Origin: an uncultured Anaerolineales bacterium
Lineage (GTDB): Bacteria; Chloroflexota; Anaerolineae; UBA1429
NCBI GenBank assembly: GCA_964649365.1
Contig: CAZYPJ010000001.1
Coordinates: 8,881 to 60,464, forward strand
Reading direction: 5' to 3'
Length of the DNA stretch: 51,584 nt
A model generated the notes under the pieces. It was not told the origin of the DNA, made no database searches, and was given only the letters and a program-made list of their open reading frames with translations. Every line of letters begins with the position of its first letter. Position 1 is the first letter of the stretch. The position numbers and the translations under genes were made by a program. This document shows positions 27,075 through 36,400 of the stretch, piece by piece.

Positions 27075-27120
27075 CAAACAAGCCCGCTCTCGAATGAACG
27101 AGAGCGGGCTTGTTTGTTTG
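27075..27120. terminator. Bidirectional terminator hairpin between the adhesin and the convergent glycoside hydrolase gene
   Basis: Perfect 18-bp stem CAAACAAGCCCGCTCTCG (27075-27092) / CGAGAGCGGGCTTGTTTG (27099-27116) with a 6-nt loop, then TTTG. Confidence 0.7.
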
Positions 27121-27167
27121 GGCCTTGTGCCCTAATTTGCCTTTTTATCGGGAGAGAGCTGGGGTGA

Positions 27168-28391
27168 TTACCACCACGATTCAGTCGGCGAGATAGTGCA
27201 CGTTTCTTCATAGGGCATAAAATGGCCCAACAGGCTCCAACCCCAGAAGGGGTTCAAGCCGCAACCTTCGCCCGTCTCGGCGTCGTAATACTCGCAGTTG
27301 CCAGCTTTCTGGACCACCTCGGTGGTATAGTGCGCCAATAATGAGGCTAGTTGCCCATAGCCGTAAGCGCGCAGCCCTTGATAAGCGATATAGTTGGTAG
27401 GAATCCATACCTTGGCGCGCCAGTTGCAGCCCAGATCAGCGGGGAACCAATCACGGCTATACCAGCGTTCGCTCTTGGCTAGGGCCGCCAGGGGATAAGG
27501 CGTCCAGAACTCGCGGGGATTGAACAAGTGCTCGGTGACCATGCGATGCGCTTGGTCGGGCGTGGCCACCCGCGCCCACAGCGCCGCGAACGACGATATT
27601 GACTTGACCCGGATCAACGCCTCGTTGCCCGTGTTCATCGCCGAGGCCCAACCGCAATGGCGGCTCTTTAGCTCCTCGCCAGCGCGGGCGTTGCCGTCAT
27701 AGAAAAAACCGTCCGTCTCGTCCCAGAGCATGGCTCGAATGCGCTCGGCCAACGCCTCAGCCTTGGCGGCATATTCCGCTGCTACATCTCCCCAGTCATA
27801 GAGCGCGGCCAGCTGGGAAAAGGCGCGCAGCTCGCGCACTAGATAGCTGTTCAAATCCACGCCCTCGCAAAAGCGATCGAGCCAGTAACCCACGCGCTCG
27901 TGCTGGTTATCCATGCCGGTGTGCGGCGCGCTCATCCACTCGCTCAGGCCGTTGCTGGTGGCATCCATCTCGGTCAGCCAGTAATCCAAATAGCGTCTTA
28001 GCCTCGGCATGTAGTGGTCGTTGAGAATCCACTCTCTTTCATCGTAATGATTGATGACGAGCAGCGCGATCTGCGAGAGAAACGGTTTGACGTGCTCGGG
28101 ATCGTGGCATGGGTTGCTGGGCACCGACCGTGAGATCAACCCCGACGGTTGCTGGTGGTCGAGGAAAATGGTCACGCCGTTGCGGATGTAATCGCTGGGC
28201 CAGCCCATGTACATCTGCACGATAGATTCAAAGTATTGATCCCAATCGTACAGTGTTTTGTAGGCATAGCCGGTGAAATAGTCACGGCCCGTGTCCGAGT
28301 CGCGAAAGACGCCGCGTCGCATCAACGTTTCCTCGACTTGCAACTTGGCGCGTAAGGTTTGCAAAGCGGGATCAAGAGCAAGTCGGTTCAT
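27168..28391 (-). CDS. (alpha/alpha)6-barrel glycoside hydrolase, GH63/trehalase-like (MGH1-like) clan
   Basis: 407 aa with no signal peptide. Segments typical of the clan GH-G catalytic barrel, as I remember it: YDWDQYFES, GLSEWMSAPHTGMDN, NSYLVRELR, FFYD, WIPTNYIAYQGL, EYYDAETGEGCGLNPFWGWS. Confidence 0.7.
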   Translation of the reverse strand: MNRLALDPALQTLRAKLQVEETLMRRGVFRDSDTGRDYFTGYAYKTLYDWDQYFESIVQMYMGWPSDYIRNGVTIFLDHQQPSGLISRSVPSNPCHDPEHVKPFLSQIALLVINHYDEREWILNDHYMPRLRRYLDYWLTEMDATSNGLSEWMSAPHTGMDNQHERVGYWLDRFCEGVDLNSYLVRELRAFSQLAALYDWGDVAAEYAAKAEALAERIRAMLWDETDGFFYDGNARAGEELKSRHCGWASAMNTGNEALIRVKSISSFAALWARVATPDQAHRMVTEHLFNPREFWTPYPLAALAKSERWYSRDWFPADLGCNWRAKVWIPTNYIAYQGLRAYGYGQLASLLAHYTTEVVQKAGNCEYYDAETGEGCGLNPFWGWSLLGHFMPYEETCTISPTESWW

Positions 28392-28468
28392 GGCGTTCCT
28401 CCGAGTGGGCGTGATCTGACGCGCTCAGTGTACGATGAGGGCGGTGGGGCGTCAAACGCTAATGCAAG

Positions 28469-28497
28469 ATGACATCCCATTGTTCTTCTGCTAATAT
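28469..28497 (+). promoter_or_regulatory. TG-extended -10 promoter candidate for the GNAT-TPR gene
   Basis: -35 ATGACA (28469-28474), 17-bp spacer, TGcTAATAT (28489-28497), about 30 nt upstream of GTG 28527. Confidence 0.3.
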
Positions 28498-28526
28498 GCG
28501 ATTGATAGCCGATTCGGATACAATTA

Positions 28527-29681
28527 GTGGGGCAATATGATAAATCGGAGGACAATGTGATTTATGAACTGCCGCGCGAGGCTTACGGGCGGGTCAGGCC
28601 GTTGTTTCAGAGAATGGACGAGCACCTGGCTGTGAGCGCCATCCTCAATGGCGCGATTGCGACAAACATTTGGGTAGATGATCTCGCTTGCCCGCGCATC
28701 ACGCTTACCCGCAGCAAGAGCCGCTTTTACCTGACGGGAGTCAATGATAACGCCGCCTTTAACGCTGCGCTCGGCGCATTGTTTCGCGAGACGATTTATC
28801 CCCAAGCCTTGGCGTCGGGTGATGCGATGTACGTTTTGCATTACGCCCCTGAATGCTGGGAACAGACGCTCAGCGAGGCGCTGAGCGATAAACAGCCGAT
28901 GGTGGGCCGTTATCAGGTGTATTCGCTAGATCTGGCGCAACACGCGGCGCCGCCCGGCGATTGGCGCACTCTGCTGCCGGATGGCATCGTGTTGCGCCAG
29001 GTGGATCGCGAACTACTGGCTGAAGAGGGCCTGGCGCACCTGGACGACCTGCGCGAGGAGATGTGCTCCGAGCGCGCCTCGGTGGACGATTTCCTCGCCC
29101 AAAGCTTTGGCGTGTGCCTGGTGCATCAGGACGCGATCATCGGCTGGTGTCTGTCGGAATATAACACGGATGATCGTTGCGAAATCGGCATCGCCACCGA
29201 CGAAGCTTATCGGCGGCGTGGCCTAGCTACAGCGATGACCTGGGCGTTCATCGAGCAGGCGTTAGCGTGGGGCATCCGGCGGATCGGCTGGGATTGTTGG
29301 GCCAACAATGTGGCGTCGTCGGCCACGGCGCGAAAAGCGGGTTTCGCAAAAGTGGCCGATCACTCGGTCTTGTTCGCCTATTACGACGAGGCCGAGAACC
29401 TGGCTGTTCACGGCGATATTGCCCTCGGTGAGGGGCAATACGCCGAGGCATTGCATTGGCTGGAGCAATCACTGGCGACTGGTCGCGCTAAAGGATGGGC
29501 CTATTGGCGAGCGGGGTGCGCTGCCGCTCGCTTGAGCCAACCTGAGATGGCGCTAGATTACCTGAACCAGGCGGTGGATCGGGGCTTTGCCTGGTTGGCG
29601 GGAATTCGAGATTCAGAGCACCTTGCCAGCCTGCATGGCGCGCCCGAATGGGACGCACTGCTGACGCGCCTGGAACGGTAA
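28527..29681 (+). CDS. GNAT acetyltransferase-domain protein with C-terminal TPR-like helical repeats
   Basis: 384 aa. The GNAT core is CEIGIATDEAYRRRGLATAMTWAFIEQALAWGIRRIGWDCWANNVASSATARKAGF. The tail is GQYAEALHWLEQSLATG...EMALDYLNQAVDRGF. The start is uncertain: GTG 28527, or GTG 28557 with GGAGGA 4 nt upstream. Confidence 0.72.
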   Translation: MGQYDKSEDNVIYELPREAYGRVRPLFQRMDEHLAVSAILNGAIATNIWVDDLACPRITLTRSKSRFYLTGVNDNAAFNAALGALFRETIYPQALASGDAMYVLHYAPECWEQTLSEALSDKQPMVGRYQVYSLDLAQHAAPPGDWRTLLPDGIVLRQVDRELLAEEGLAHLDDLREEMCSERASVDDFLAQSFGVCLVHQDAIIGWCLSEYNTDDRCEIGIATDEAYRRRGLATAMTWAFIEQALAWGIRRIGWDCWANNVASSATARKAGFAKVADHSVLFAYYDEAENLAVHGDIALGEGQYAEALHWLEQSLATGRAKGWAYWRAGCAAARLSQPEMALDYLNQAVDRGFAWLAGIRDSEHLASLHGAPEWDALLTRLER

Positions 29682-29710
29682 CGAATTTCTCGCTTTCCCG
29701 GTAGATGCCT

Positions 29711-29742
29711 CTACCCCGACCGACATTCGTCGGTCGGGGTAG
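29711..29742. terminator. Perfect 14-bp hairpin between convergent genes (terminator-like, no U-tract)
   Basis: CTACCCCGACCGAC (29711-29724), loop ATTC, GTCGGTCGGGGTAG (29729-29742). It lies between stop 29681 (+) and stop 29747 (-). Confidence 0.45.
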
Positions 29743-29746
29743 AAAG

Positions 29747-31192
29747 CTACTCTTTCCAGGTGAAATGATACGTTACACTCGGCGGGCTGAGCGGCACGCC
29801 ATCTTCTGTCTCCGAAAATCGTTGCACCACCTTCACTTGCCAAGTGTATTCAATAGGATCGCCCTCTTTGGGGTATAGGTCGAGTGGAACGCGCCATGAG
29901 GTTGCTTTCGTCCATTCTTTATGCACATTTGCGGGATATGCAGATGGCCAAATTGTAACCATGTACCATTGATTGGTTGATAGAATGCCCACCGAAGCCC
30001 AGTTAAGCACGATATTGGCTTCGGTTCCCAGCATTACGCTGCGATCTACCGGCGCGAGCAAAGGCGGCGCCAGATAGTCGAACTCATAGGTGGGCCGTGG
30101 AGTTGGCGTCATCTCGATCACCAGCGATCCGGTGATCGCTTTCGTTCCGGTGATCGCGGCGACTGCGATATCCGTATTAGCAGTGGTGGGCGTCTTAAGG
30201 GGCGGGAGCGGCGTTGGCGCTGCTGTCACTCCGGGGATGATTAGCTCTTGCCCTACGCGCAACGTGGTCGTCATGCGGATGTTGTTTGCTTTGGCGATTT
30301 CTTCCCCATCCACTCCATATTTCACCGCCAGCGATCCCAAAAGATCGCCCGATTGCACGGGGTGGATCACCGGCCCTACCGTGGGGACGGCAGTAGGCGC
30401 GTTTGTCGCTGCTGTAGTGGGGGTTGTGATTGCTGCTGCGGTGGGGGCTGTTGTTGCGGGTGATGTCGCAGGGGCCGTTGTGGCCTCGGTCGGCGCCGGG
30501 TTTGTTGGCCCTGCCGTAGGAGCGGGAATAATCAGCTCTTGGCCCACCCGTAACATGGTGGTCAGTTTGATGTTGTTGGCGCTGGCGATGGATGCAGCGG
30601 CCACATCGTATTCTACTGCAATGGACCCCAGATTGTCGCCCGATGCTACTGTATGGATACGGGTGCCTATCGGCTCGGGCGTTGGCGTTACTGTGGACGT
30701 AGCCGAGGGCAGCGGCGACGGCGTCGCTGTTGGCGATGGAGTAAACGTAGCCGTGGGTCGGAGTGTCGGCGTCGGCGGCGTCAAAGAGGGCGTGACGATC
30801 AACATAGCCAACTCTGTGGCTTCTTCGCTAGGCAACGGCAACGGAAGAGGCGTGTTCACACCGAGGATAGGCGTTGGTGTGGCGGGCATCAGCATTAGTG
30901 CCGCCCAAGGCTTGAGCAACAACCCTGCGCCTCCCGCCGCCGCTAGCACGGCTAGGCTGAGCAGCACTTTCCAAGCATTGCCCGATGAATGCCCCTCGGG
31001 CGCTTGTCGCTCGGCCCCACAGATTGGGCATACGGCTTGATGGGCTGTCATACGTGCGCCACACGAGGGGCACTGCTCCGAGCGTTTGCGCGCTATCAGC
31101 GTTTGTCCGCAAGCGGGACACAGGGTAGCGTTGGGGCGCACCCTGCCGCTGCAATGGGGACAACGCAGTTTTCCTTGCAAAAAATCAAACAT
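29747..31192 (-). CDS. Membrane-anchored LysM protein: N-terminal double zinc ribbon, one TM, Pro/Thr linker, two LysM domains, ~130-aa C-terminal domain
   Basis: 481 aa. The zinc ribbons are CPHCSG-x10-CPACG and CPSCG-x10-CPICG. The TM is WKVLLSLAVLAAAGGAGLLL. The LysM domains are HTVASGDNLGSIAVEYDVAAASIASANNIKLTTMLRVGQELIIP and HPVQSGDLLGSLAVKYGVDGEEIAKANNIRMTTTLRVGQELIIP. Confidence 0.85.
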   Translation of the reverse strand: MFDFLQGKLRCPHCSGRVRPNATLCPACGQTLIARKRSEQCPSCGARMTAHQAVCPICGAERQAPEGHSSGNAWKVLLSLAVLAAAGGAGLLLKPWAALMLMPATPTPILGVNTPLPLPLPSEEATELAMLIVTPSLTPPTPTLRPTATFTPSPTATPSPLPSATSTVTPTPEPIGTRIHTVASGDNLGSIAVEYDVAAASIASANNIKLTTMLRVGQELIIPAPTAGPTNPAPTEATTAPATSPATTAPTAAAITTPTTAATNAPTAVPTVGPVIHPVQSGDLLGSLAVKYGVDGEEIAKANNIRMTTTLRVGQELIIPGVTAAPTPLPPLKTPTTANTDIAVAAITGTKAITGSLVIEMTPTPRPTYEFDYLAPPLLAPVDRSVMLGTEANIVLNWASVGILSTNQWYMVTIWPSAYPANVHKEWTKATSWRVPLDLYPKEGDPIEYTWQVKVVQRFSETEDGVPLSPPSVTYHFTWKE

Positions 31193-31216
31193 GACGATTG
31201 GCTACACCTATTGGGA

Positions 31217-31789
31217 TTACGCGAGGTCGCCGGCCAGGCCTAGTTCCGCCGCCGCTGGTTTCAGCGCCTCGATGACAAAGCCGATGTGGTCTTCGAGCAG
31301 TATGCCCAATTCGGCGGCGCCCTGCTCGATATCCTGGCGGTTGACCGCCCGCGCAAAGGCCTTATCCTTCCACTTGTTTTTGACCGATTTGACCGTGAGA
31401 TTGGCGATGCTCTTGTCGGGCCGCACCAACGCGCATGCGGCGACAAAGCCGGTCAGTTCATCCACTGCCCAGAGCGCTTTGTCCATCAGCGTTGTGCGAG
31501 GCACGCCCAAGTAAGGCGCGTGCCCCTGGATGGCGACGATAATCTCTTCTGGCCAGCTCAATTGACGCAAGATGGCGATTCCCGCCATAGGATGCTCGTC
31601 GAGAGTGGGATGCTGCTCATAGTCGAAATCGTGGATCAGCCCCGTTACAGCCCACAACTCCTCGTCCTCGCCGTATTTGCGAGCATAAGCCCGCATGGCG
31701 GCCTCGACCGCTAGGGCGTGCTTGATGAGGCTGGCCGATTGGGTGTATTCGTTCAATAGCTTCCAAGCGTCGTCGCGGGTTGGTTTCAC
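31217..31789 (-). CDS. HD-domain (HDIG-type) phosphohydrolase
   Basis: 190 aa. The GTG start overlaps the rph stop (GTGA). Motifs are H...[12 protein letters not shown] and IQGHAPYLG, matching small HD hydrolases. Confidence 0.78.
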   Translation of the reverse strand: MKPTRDDAWKLLNEYTQSASLIKHALAVEAAMRAYARKYGEDEELWAVTGLIHDFDYEQHPTLDEHPMAGIAILRQLSWPEEIIVAIQGHAPYLGVPRTTLMDKALWAVDELTGFVAACALVRPDKSIANLTVKSVKNKWKDKAFARAVNRQDIEQGAAELGILLEDHIGFVIEALKPAAAELGLAGDLA

Positions 31790-32523
31790 ACGATCTCCTT
31801 CGATGAAAGATGAGATGCTTCAATCGCCTGGCGCTGCAGCGCGATCAGGCGATCAATCCCCTGATGCGCCAGATCGAGCAATTCGTCCAGGCGGCGGCGC
31901 GCAAAAGGCTGCCCCTCTGCTGTGCCTTGTACTTCGATAAACTCGCCGGCGGCGTTCATGACCACATTGAAATCCACCTCGGCGTGCGAGTCCTCAGCGT
32001 AGCACAAGTCGAGCATCGCCTCGCCGCTGATAACGCCGACGCTCACCGCCGCTACTGGCATTAACAGCGCTTCAGGCCCGATCAGCCCTTGCTTTATCAG
32101 CTTGTTAAGCGCCAACACCAGCGCCACATAGCCGCCGGTGACGGATGCAGTGCGCGTGCCGCCATCGGCTTGGAGCACATCGCAATCTACAATCACCATC
32201 CGCTCGCCTAGCGCGCTCATGTTTACCGCAGCGCGCAACGCCCGCCCGATCAGTCGCTGGATCTCCTGGGTGCGCCCCGAGACGCCTTTGGTCTCGCGGG
32301 GGGTGCGCGTCAGGGTCGAGCGCGGCAACATGGCGTACTCGCCCGTTACCCACCCCGTGCCGCGCCCGGCCATCCAGGGGGGCACGTTGGCCTCGATGGT
32401 AGCGGCGCACAGCACGCGCGTTTTGCCAAAGGTAATCAGCGCTGAGCCGTCAGCGAACTCGAGTGGATTGGGCGTGATCGTTACCTCACGCAGGGCATCG
32501 TTCGCCCGACCATCTATGCGCAT
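31786..32523 (-). CDS. rph: Ribonuclease PH
   Basis: 245 aa. Shows [59 protein letters not shown] and [23 protein letters not shown]. Confidence 0.95.
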   Translation of the reverse strand: MRIDGRANDALREVTITPNPLEFADGSALITFGKTRVLCAATIEANVPPWMAGRGTGWVTGEYAMLPRSTLTRTPRETKGVSGRTQEIQRLIGRALRAAVNMSALGERMVIVDCDVLQADGGTRTASVTGGYVALVLALNKLIKQGLIGPEALLMPVAAVSVGVISGEAMLDLCYAEDSHAEVDFNVVMNAAGEFIEVQGTAEGQPFARRRLDELLDLAHQGIDRLIALQRQAIEASHLSSKEIV

Positions 32524-32531
32524 AGTTGCTC

Positions 32532-33143
32532 CTACAGGTGCGCGGCCATCTCGGCGCGCCCGGCGGCAAAGGCTCGCTGGTTCAGCGCCACAAAGCGTTC
32601 AGGCACGCGCTGACGGATCACTTCCAGCCAGATGTTTTCGGGCGTATCCAGAAAGGCTGATAGCGCCCCCAGCATAACCACGTTGTTCACACGGACATCG
32701 CCCAGCTCCTGGGCCAACTGCATGGCTGGCGCATAGATGCGCCGCCGCACCGCGTCGGCATAGGCCGCATCTTCATCGGCCTGACTGGGATAGACATCAT
32801 TGCCCGATCCGACTGAGATCGGGACGATGCGGTAATCGTTGATCAGAATCACGCCGCTAGGGCGCACCTGTTCGGCATAGCGCAGCGCTTCTAGCCGCTC
32901 AAAGGCGACAAAGTAATCTACCTCGCCCGGCGTGATCAGCGGCGCATATACTCGCCGCCCCCAGCGAACGTGGCTGGTGACGCTGCCGCCGCGCTGGGCC
33001 ATGCCGTGCACCTCGGACTTTTTCACATCGAGACCCATCTCCATGCCCACCAGGGCGATCACATCCGCCGCCAGCAAGATGCCCTGACCGCCCACGCCCG
33101 CTAGTAAAAAGTTGGTTGTTTGCGTCATTGGTTGCTCTGTCAT
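32532..33143 (-). CDS. iorB: Indolepyruvate:ferredoxin oxidoreductase beta subunit
   Basis: ATG 33143-33141 overlaps the iorA TGA (ATGA). Shows [20 protein letters not shown]...[17 protein letters not shown]. The track start 33236 would overlap iorA by ~100 nt. Confidence 0.87.
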   Translation of the reverse strand: MTEQPMTQTTNFLLAGVGGQGILLAADVIALVGMEMGLDVKKSEVHGMAQRGGSVTSHVRWGRRVYAPLITPGEVDYFVAFERLEALRYAEQVRPSGVILINDYRIVPISVGSGNDVYPSQADEDAAYADAVRRRIYAPAMQLAQELGDVRVNNVVMLGALSAFLDTPENIWLEVIRQRVPERFVALNQRAFAAGRAEMAAHL

Positions 33144-34957
33144 GAGGCTTTGCCCTCCGGCGTGGCTTGCACCTGCTCGCGGAACAGAATGGCGTTTACC
33201 GGGCAGACCTGCGCGCAAATCTCGCAGCCGGTGCAAAGCAGGGGATCAATCTCGGTTTTGGGGCGGTTGTTTTTGGGGTACAACTGCTCGCTCTTTTTGA
33301 GCGCCGGGCAACCCACTCTGCGGCACGTGCCACAGGCGATGCACTTGTCCAAATCCACGCGCAACGCCGCATAACGCTTGCGAGCGGCGGGCAGTAGAGC
33401 GCACTCGCGTCGCGAGATGACCACCGATGGCTCATCCAGGGCGGCGCATTCTTGCAACGTCGTTTCGACCTGGGCCAGATCGTAGGGGTCCACCACACGC
33501 ACCTGCTGGATGCCGATAGCCCGCACCAGCGCTTCCAAGTCGGTTTGATTGGCGGATTTCCCTTGCAGGGTGTAGCCTGTGCCTGGGTGTTGCTGGTGGC
33601 CTGTCATGGCGGTGGTGCGATTGTCGAGGATGATCGTAATGGTATTGCTGCGATTGTAGGCCACGTTGAGCAACGCCGGGATGCCGGTGTGAAAGAAAGT
33701 AGAGTCACCGATGACGGCTACATTCTTTTGCTCGATGCCCGCTAGGTTAACGCCGTGGGCCACGCCGATGCTGGCCCCCATACAGCCGCAACTGTGCAAC
33801 GCGCCTAGCGGCGGCAAAAAGCCCAAAGTGTAGCAGCCGATATCGCCGTTGACCACCATCTTGAGCTTGCGGGTGATCGTGAATACGCCGCGATGAGGGC
33901 AGCCCGGGCAAAGCACCGGCGGGCGCGGCGGCAACGCGGGCAATTCAAGCTTGGGGCGTTCGAGGCGCGCGGCGCTATCGAGCAGGCCCGCCGCGCTGGC
34001 GCTCTGGCGCACTACTTGGGGCGAAAACTCGTCACACAGTGGGAAGATACTCTTGCCCTCGCAGGCGATGCCCAACAGTTTGATCTCTTCCTCGATCACA
34101 GGATCGCCCTCTTCGATAACGATCAGCCGCTCTACTTGGCGAGCGAATGTCGCAATCTGTTGTGCGGGCGCAGGGTAGGTCATCCCCAGGCGCAAAAAGG
34201 AGGCGTTGGGGAACACCTCTTTGGCGTATTGGTAAGCCACTCCGCAAGTGACGATGCCCAGGCTTCGGTCGCCCAATTCCATCCGGTTGTAAGTGAAATC
34301 GTTGGCGAACGCGGCGATGCGTTGCACCCGCTCTTCCATCACCACATGGCGCTTGCGCGCATTGGCGGGAACCATGACGTATTTGCTCGCGTCAATGCGA
34401 TAAGAGGGCTTGCCGCGCTGCATTGCGAGGTCGCGATCCGGCCCCAGCTCGACGATGCTATCAGAGTGGGCGATCCGCGTCGTGAGGCGCAATAATACGG
34501 GCGTATCAAACCGTTCGCTCAGCTCGAACGCAGCGGCGACCATATCTTTGGCTTCCTGGCTGTCGCTCGGCTCGATGCAGGGCGTGCGCGCGAACTTGGC
34601 ATAGCGGCGGCTGTCCTGCTCGCCCTGAGAACTGTGCATACCGGGGTCGTCGGCTACTACCAACACCATACCGGCTTCCAGGCCGGTGATCGCAGCATAA
34701 AACAAGGCGTCGGCGGCCACGTTGAGGCCCACGTGCTTCATCACCGTCATCGAACGCGCACCGGCGTAAGCAGCGCCGATGGCCACGTCGGTAGCCACTT
34801 TTTCATTGGGGCACCATTCGGCGTATATGCCGGGCATAGGGGCCAGGGTCTCGAGGATCTCGGTGCTGGGCGTGCCCGGGTAGCCGGCGGCCACTACTAC
34901 GCCCGCCTCCCACGCGCCGCGCGCCAAAGCTTCGTCGCCGGAGAGTAGTCGCTTCAA
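33140..34957 (-). CDS. iorA: Indolepyruvate:ferredoxin oxidoreductase alpha subunit (TPP plus 2x[4Fe-4S])
   Basis: TTG 34957-34955 has AGGAGG 7 nt upstream and gives LKRLLSGDEALARGAWEAGV, the typical N-terminus. The TPP motif is IGDSTFFHTG. The C-terminal clusters are CIACGTCRRVGCP and CTGCEICAQVCP. The track start 35047 overlaps ybeY. Confidence 0.9.
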   Translation of the reverse strand: MKRLLSGDEALARGAWEAGVVVAAGYPGTPSTEILETLAPMPGIYAEWCPNEKVATDVAIGAAYAGARSMTVMKHVGLNVAADALFYAAITGLEAGMVLVVADDPGMHSSQGEQDSRRYAKFARTPCIEPSDSQEAKDMVAAAFELSERFDTPVLLRLTTRIAHSDSIVELGPDRDLAMQRGKPSYRIDASKYVMVPANARKRHVVMEERVQRIAAFANDFTYNRMELGDRSLGIVTCGVAYQYAKEVFPNASFLRLGMTYPAPAQQIATFARQVERLIVIEEGDPVIEEEIKLLGIACEGKSIFPLCDEFSPQVVRQSASAAGLLDSAARLERPKLELPALPPRPPVLCPGCPHRGVFTITRKLKMVVNGDIGCYTLGFLPPLGALHSCGCMGASIGVAHGVNLAGIEQKNVAVIGDSTFFHTGIPALLNVAYNRSNTITIILDNRTTAMTGHQQHPGTGYTLQGKSANQTDLEALVRAIGIQQVRVVDPYDLAQVETTLQECAALDEPSVVISRRECALLPAARKRYAALRVDLDKCIACGTCRRVGCPALKKSEQLYPKNNRPKTEIDPLLCTGCEICAQVCPVNAILFREQVQATPEGKAS

Positions 34958-35000
34958 ACCGTTGCCTCCTGGAAGGGATGATGTACAGAGATGAGACTGC

Positions 35001-35462
35001 TCAGAGCGAGCGCAGAATCTCGTCCTGGAGCGCCCACATGGCTTCACGCTCTTGGTCGTCGGCGTGATCGTAGCCTATCAGGTGCAAACAGCCGTGGACA
35101 ATCAGCAATGCCAACTCCTGCTCTACGCTTTCGCTTCGTTCAGTAGCTTGGGCCAGCGCCGTAGGGTATGAAACGATTACATCGCCCAGATATGACTCTA
35201 ATTCGTCGGGGATAACAAAATCTCCCTCGTCATTGCCCTCATTGGCTGCAAAAGAGAGCACATCGGTGGGGCGATCTTCGTCGAGATAGTCGCGATTGAG
35301 CCGCTGGATTTCGTCATCGTCGGTGATGACCACCGTCACAGCGGATTCGGCGGGCTGCGCCTCTCGTTCGAGCACAGCCTGAACCACATGAACGATTTGC
35401 TCGGCGCTGACAAGCTCGGCATAGGCGGGCGCGATCTGAACGTCAATTTCGTAGGATGGCAT
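35001..35462 (-). CDS. ybeY: rRNA maturation endoribonuclease YbeY
   Basis: 153 aa with the zinc motif HGCLHLIGYDH (HxxxHxxxxxH). Confidence 0.93.
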   Translation of the reverse strand: MPSYEIDVQIAPAYAELVSAEQIVHVVQAVLEREAQPAESAVTVVITDDDEIQRLNRDYLDEDRPTDVLSFAANEGNDEGDFVIPDELESYLGDVIVSYPTALAQATERSESVEQELALLIVHGCLHLIGYDHADDQEREAMWALQDEILRSL

Positions 35463-35477
35463 AGAGGGTGCTTTCTG

Positions 35478-36215
35478 CTAGAGGTCAATCAGATTTGCTA
35501 GTTCGTCGCTGCGTCCTTCTTCGACGGCGGCTATGCGTTCAGCATAGACGCCGCGATATGGAGCGGGCAATAGCAGGCCAATACGCATCATAATCAAATC
35601 CGCCAGTTCTTGCAGCTCGTCAACGGAGGGCTTGTGGTCGAATGCGGGCAGACGAAAAGGTTTGCCCACAATCACCTGGAGTGTGGGGCGCTTGAAGTGC
35701 AGCCAATCACGCAGCCGCTCGACGCCCCAAAAGGTAATGGGCACGATAGCAGCGTTGGTGCGCGTCGCCAAATAAGCGACGCCCGCCTTGGCGCGCTGCA
35801 TCCCGCCGGTGCGGCTGCGAGTGCCCTCGGGGGCGATGGCCAGTACGCCGCCGGCATTGAGTACATCCTGGCACGCTTTGAGCGCCACCCGATCCACCTC
35901 GCCGCGCTGTACAAAGATCACTCCGGCCAAACGCAGCAACGTGCCGATAAAAGCATTGTTTTGCCATTTTTCGGCGGCCAGAGTGACGATCTGTCGCTGC
36001 ACCACCGGCGCGACGGCCAACGGATCGAGCAGGTGAAGGTGATTGACGACAATGATCGTCGGTCCCTGCGCCGGGAAATTGGCCGCGCCGCTTACTTGAT
36101 AGCGATATAACAGATTCATCACAAACCCAAAGAACCACTGTATGGCGCGATAGATCGCCAGGCTCTTTTGGAAAAAGACGACGCGCTTGGGTCTCGCAGA
36201 GACTGATGCCGTCAT
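35478..36215 (-). CDS. plsC: 1-acyl-sn-glycerol-3-phosphate acyltransferase family (PlsC-like)
   Basis: 245 aa with the HX4D motif VNHLHLLD and the acceptor motif APEGTRS. Confidence 0.86.
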   Translation of the reverse strand: MTASVSARPKRVVFFQKSLAIYRAIQWFFGFVMNLLYRYQVSGAANFPAQGPTIIVVNHLHLLDPLAVAPVVQRQIVTLAAEKWQNNAFIGTLLRLAGVIFVQRGEVDRVALKACQDVLNAGGVLAIAPEGTRSRTGGMQRAKAGVAYLATRTNAAIVPITFWGVERLRDWLHFKRPTLQVIVGKPFRLPAFDHKPSVDELQELADLIMMRIGLLLPAPYRGVYAERIAAVEEGRSDELANLIDL

Positions 36216-36400
36216 GCATCCTACTTTCTGGATTTTGCCCCGACGCCATGCAGCGCCAGATGAACCACTATATCATCTCACAGCAGCATTGTACCACACT
36301 CTGGCCTGAAGGCAAGGCGCGTATTACGTTAACGCCATTCGGCGTCGTCGTAGCGATTGCGCCGTCGGCCCAAGTGCGATATAATCCCCGCGAATTCACG

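Noticed and set aside
26186-27211. 341-aa minus-strand ORF spanning the adhesin 3' end and the terminator
   Set aside because: It is antisense to the Ig/DUF11/PT-linker region and crosses the 18-bp terminator hairpin and the 3' end of the GH gene. Its extremely Arg/Gly-rich composition argues against coding.
30090-31040. 316-aa plus-strand ORF rich in Gly/Val/Ala
   Set aside because: It is the mirror image of the Pro/Thr/Ala linker and LysM region of the minus-strand gene 29747..31192. It has no start context or motifs of its own.
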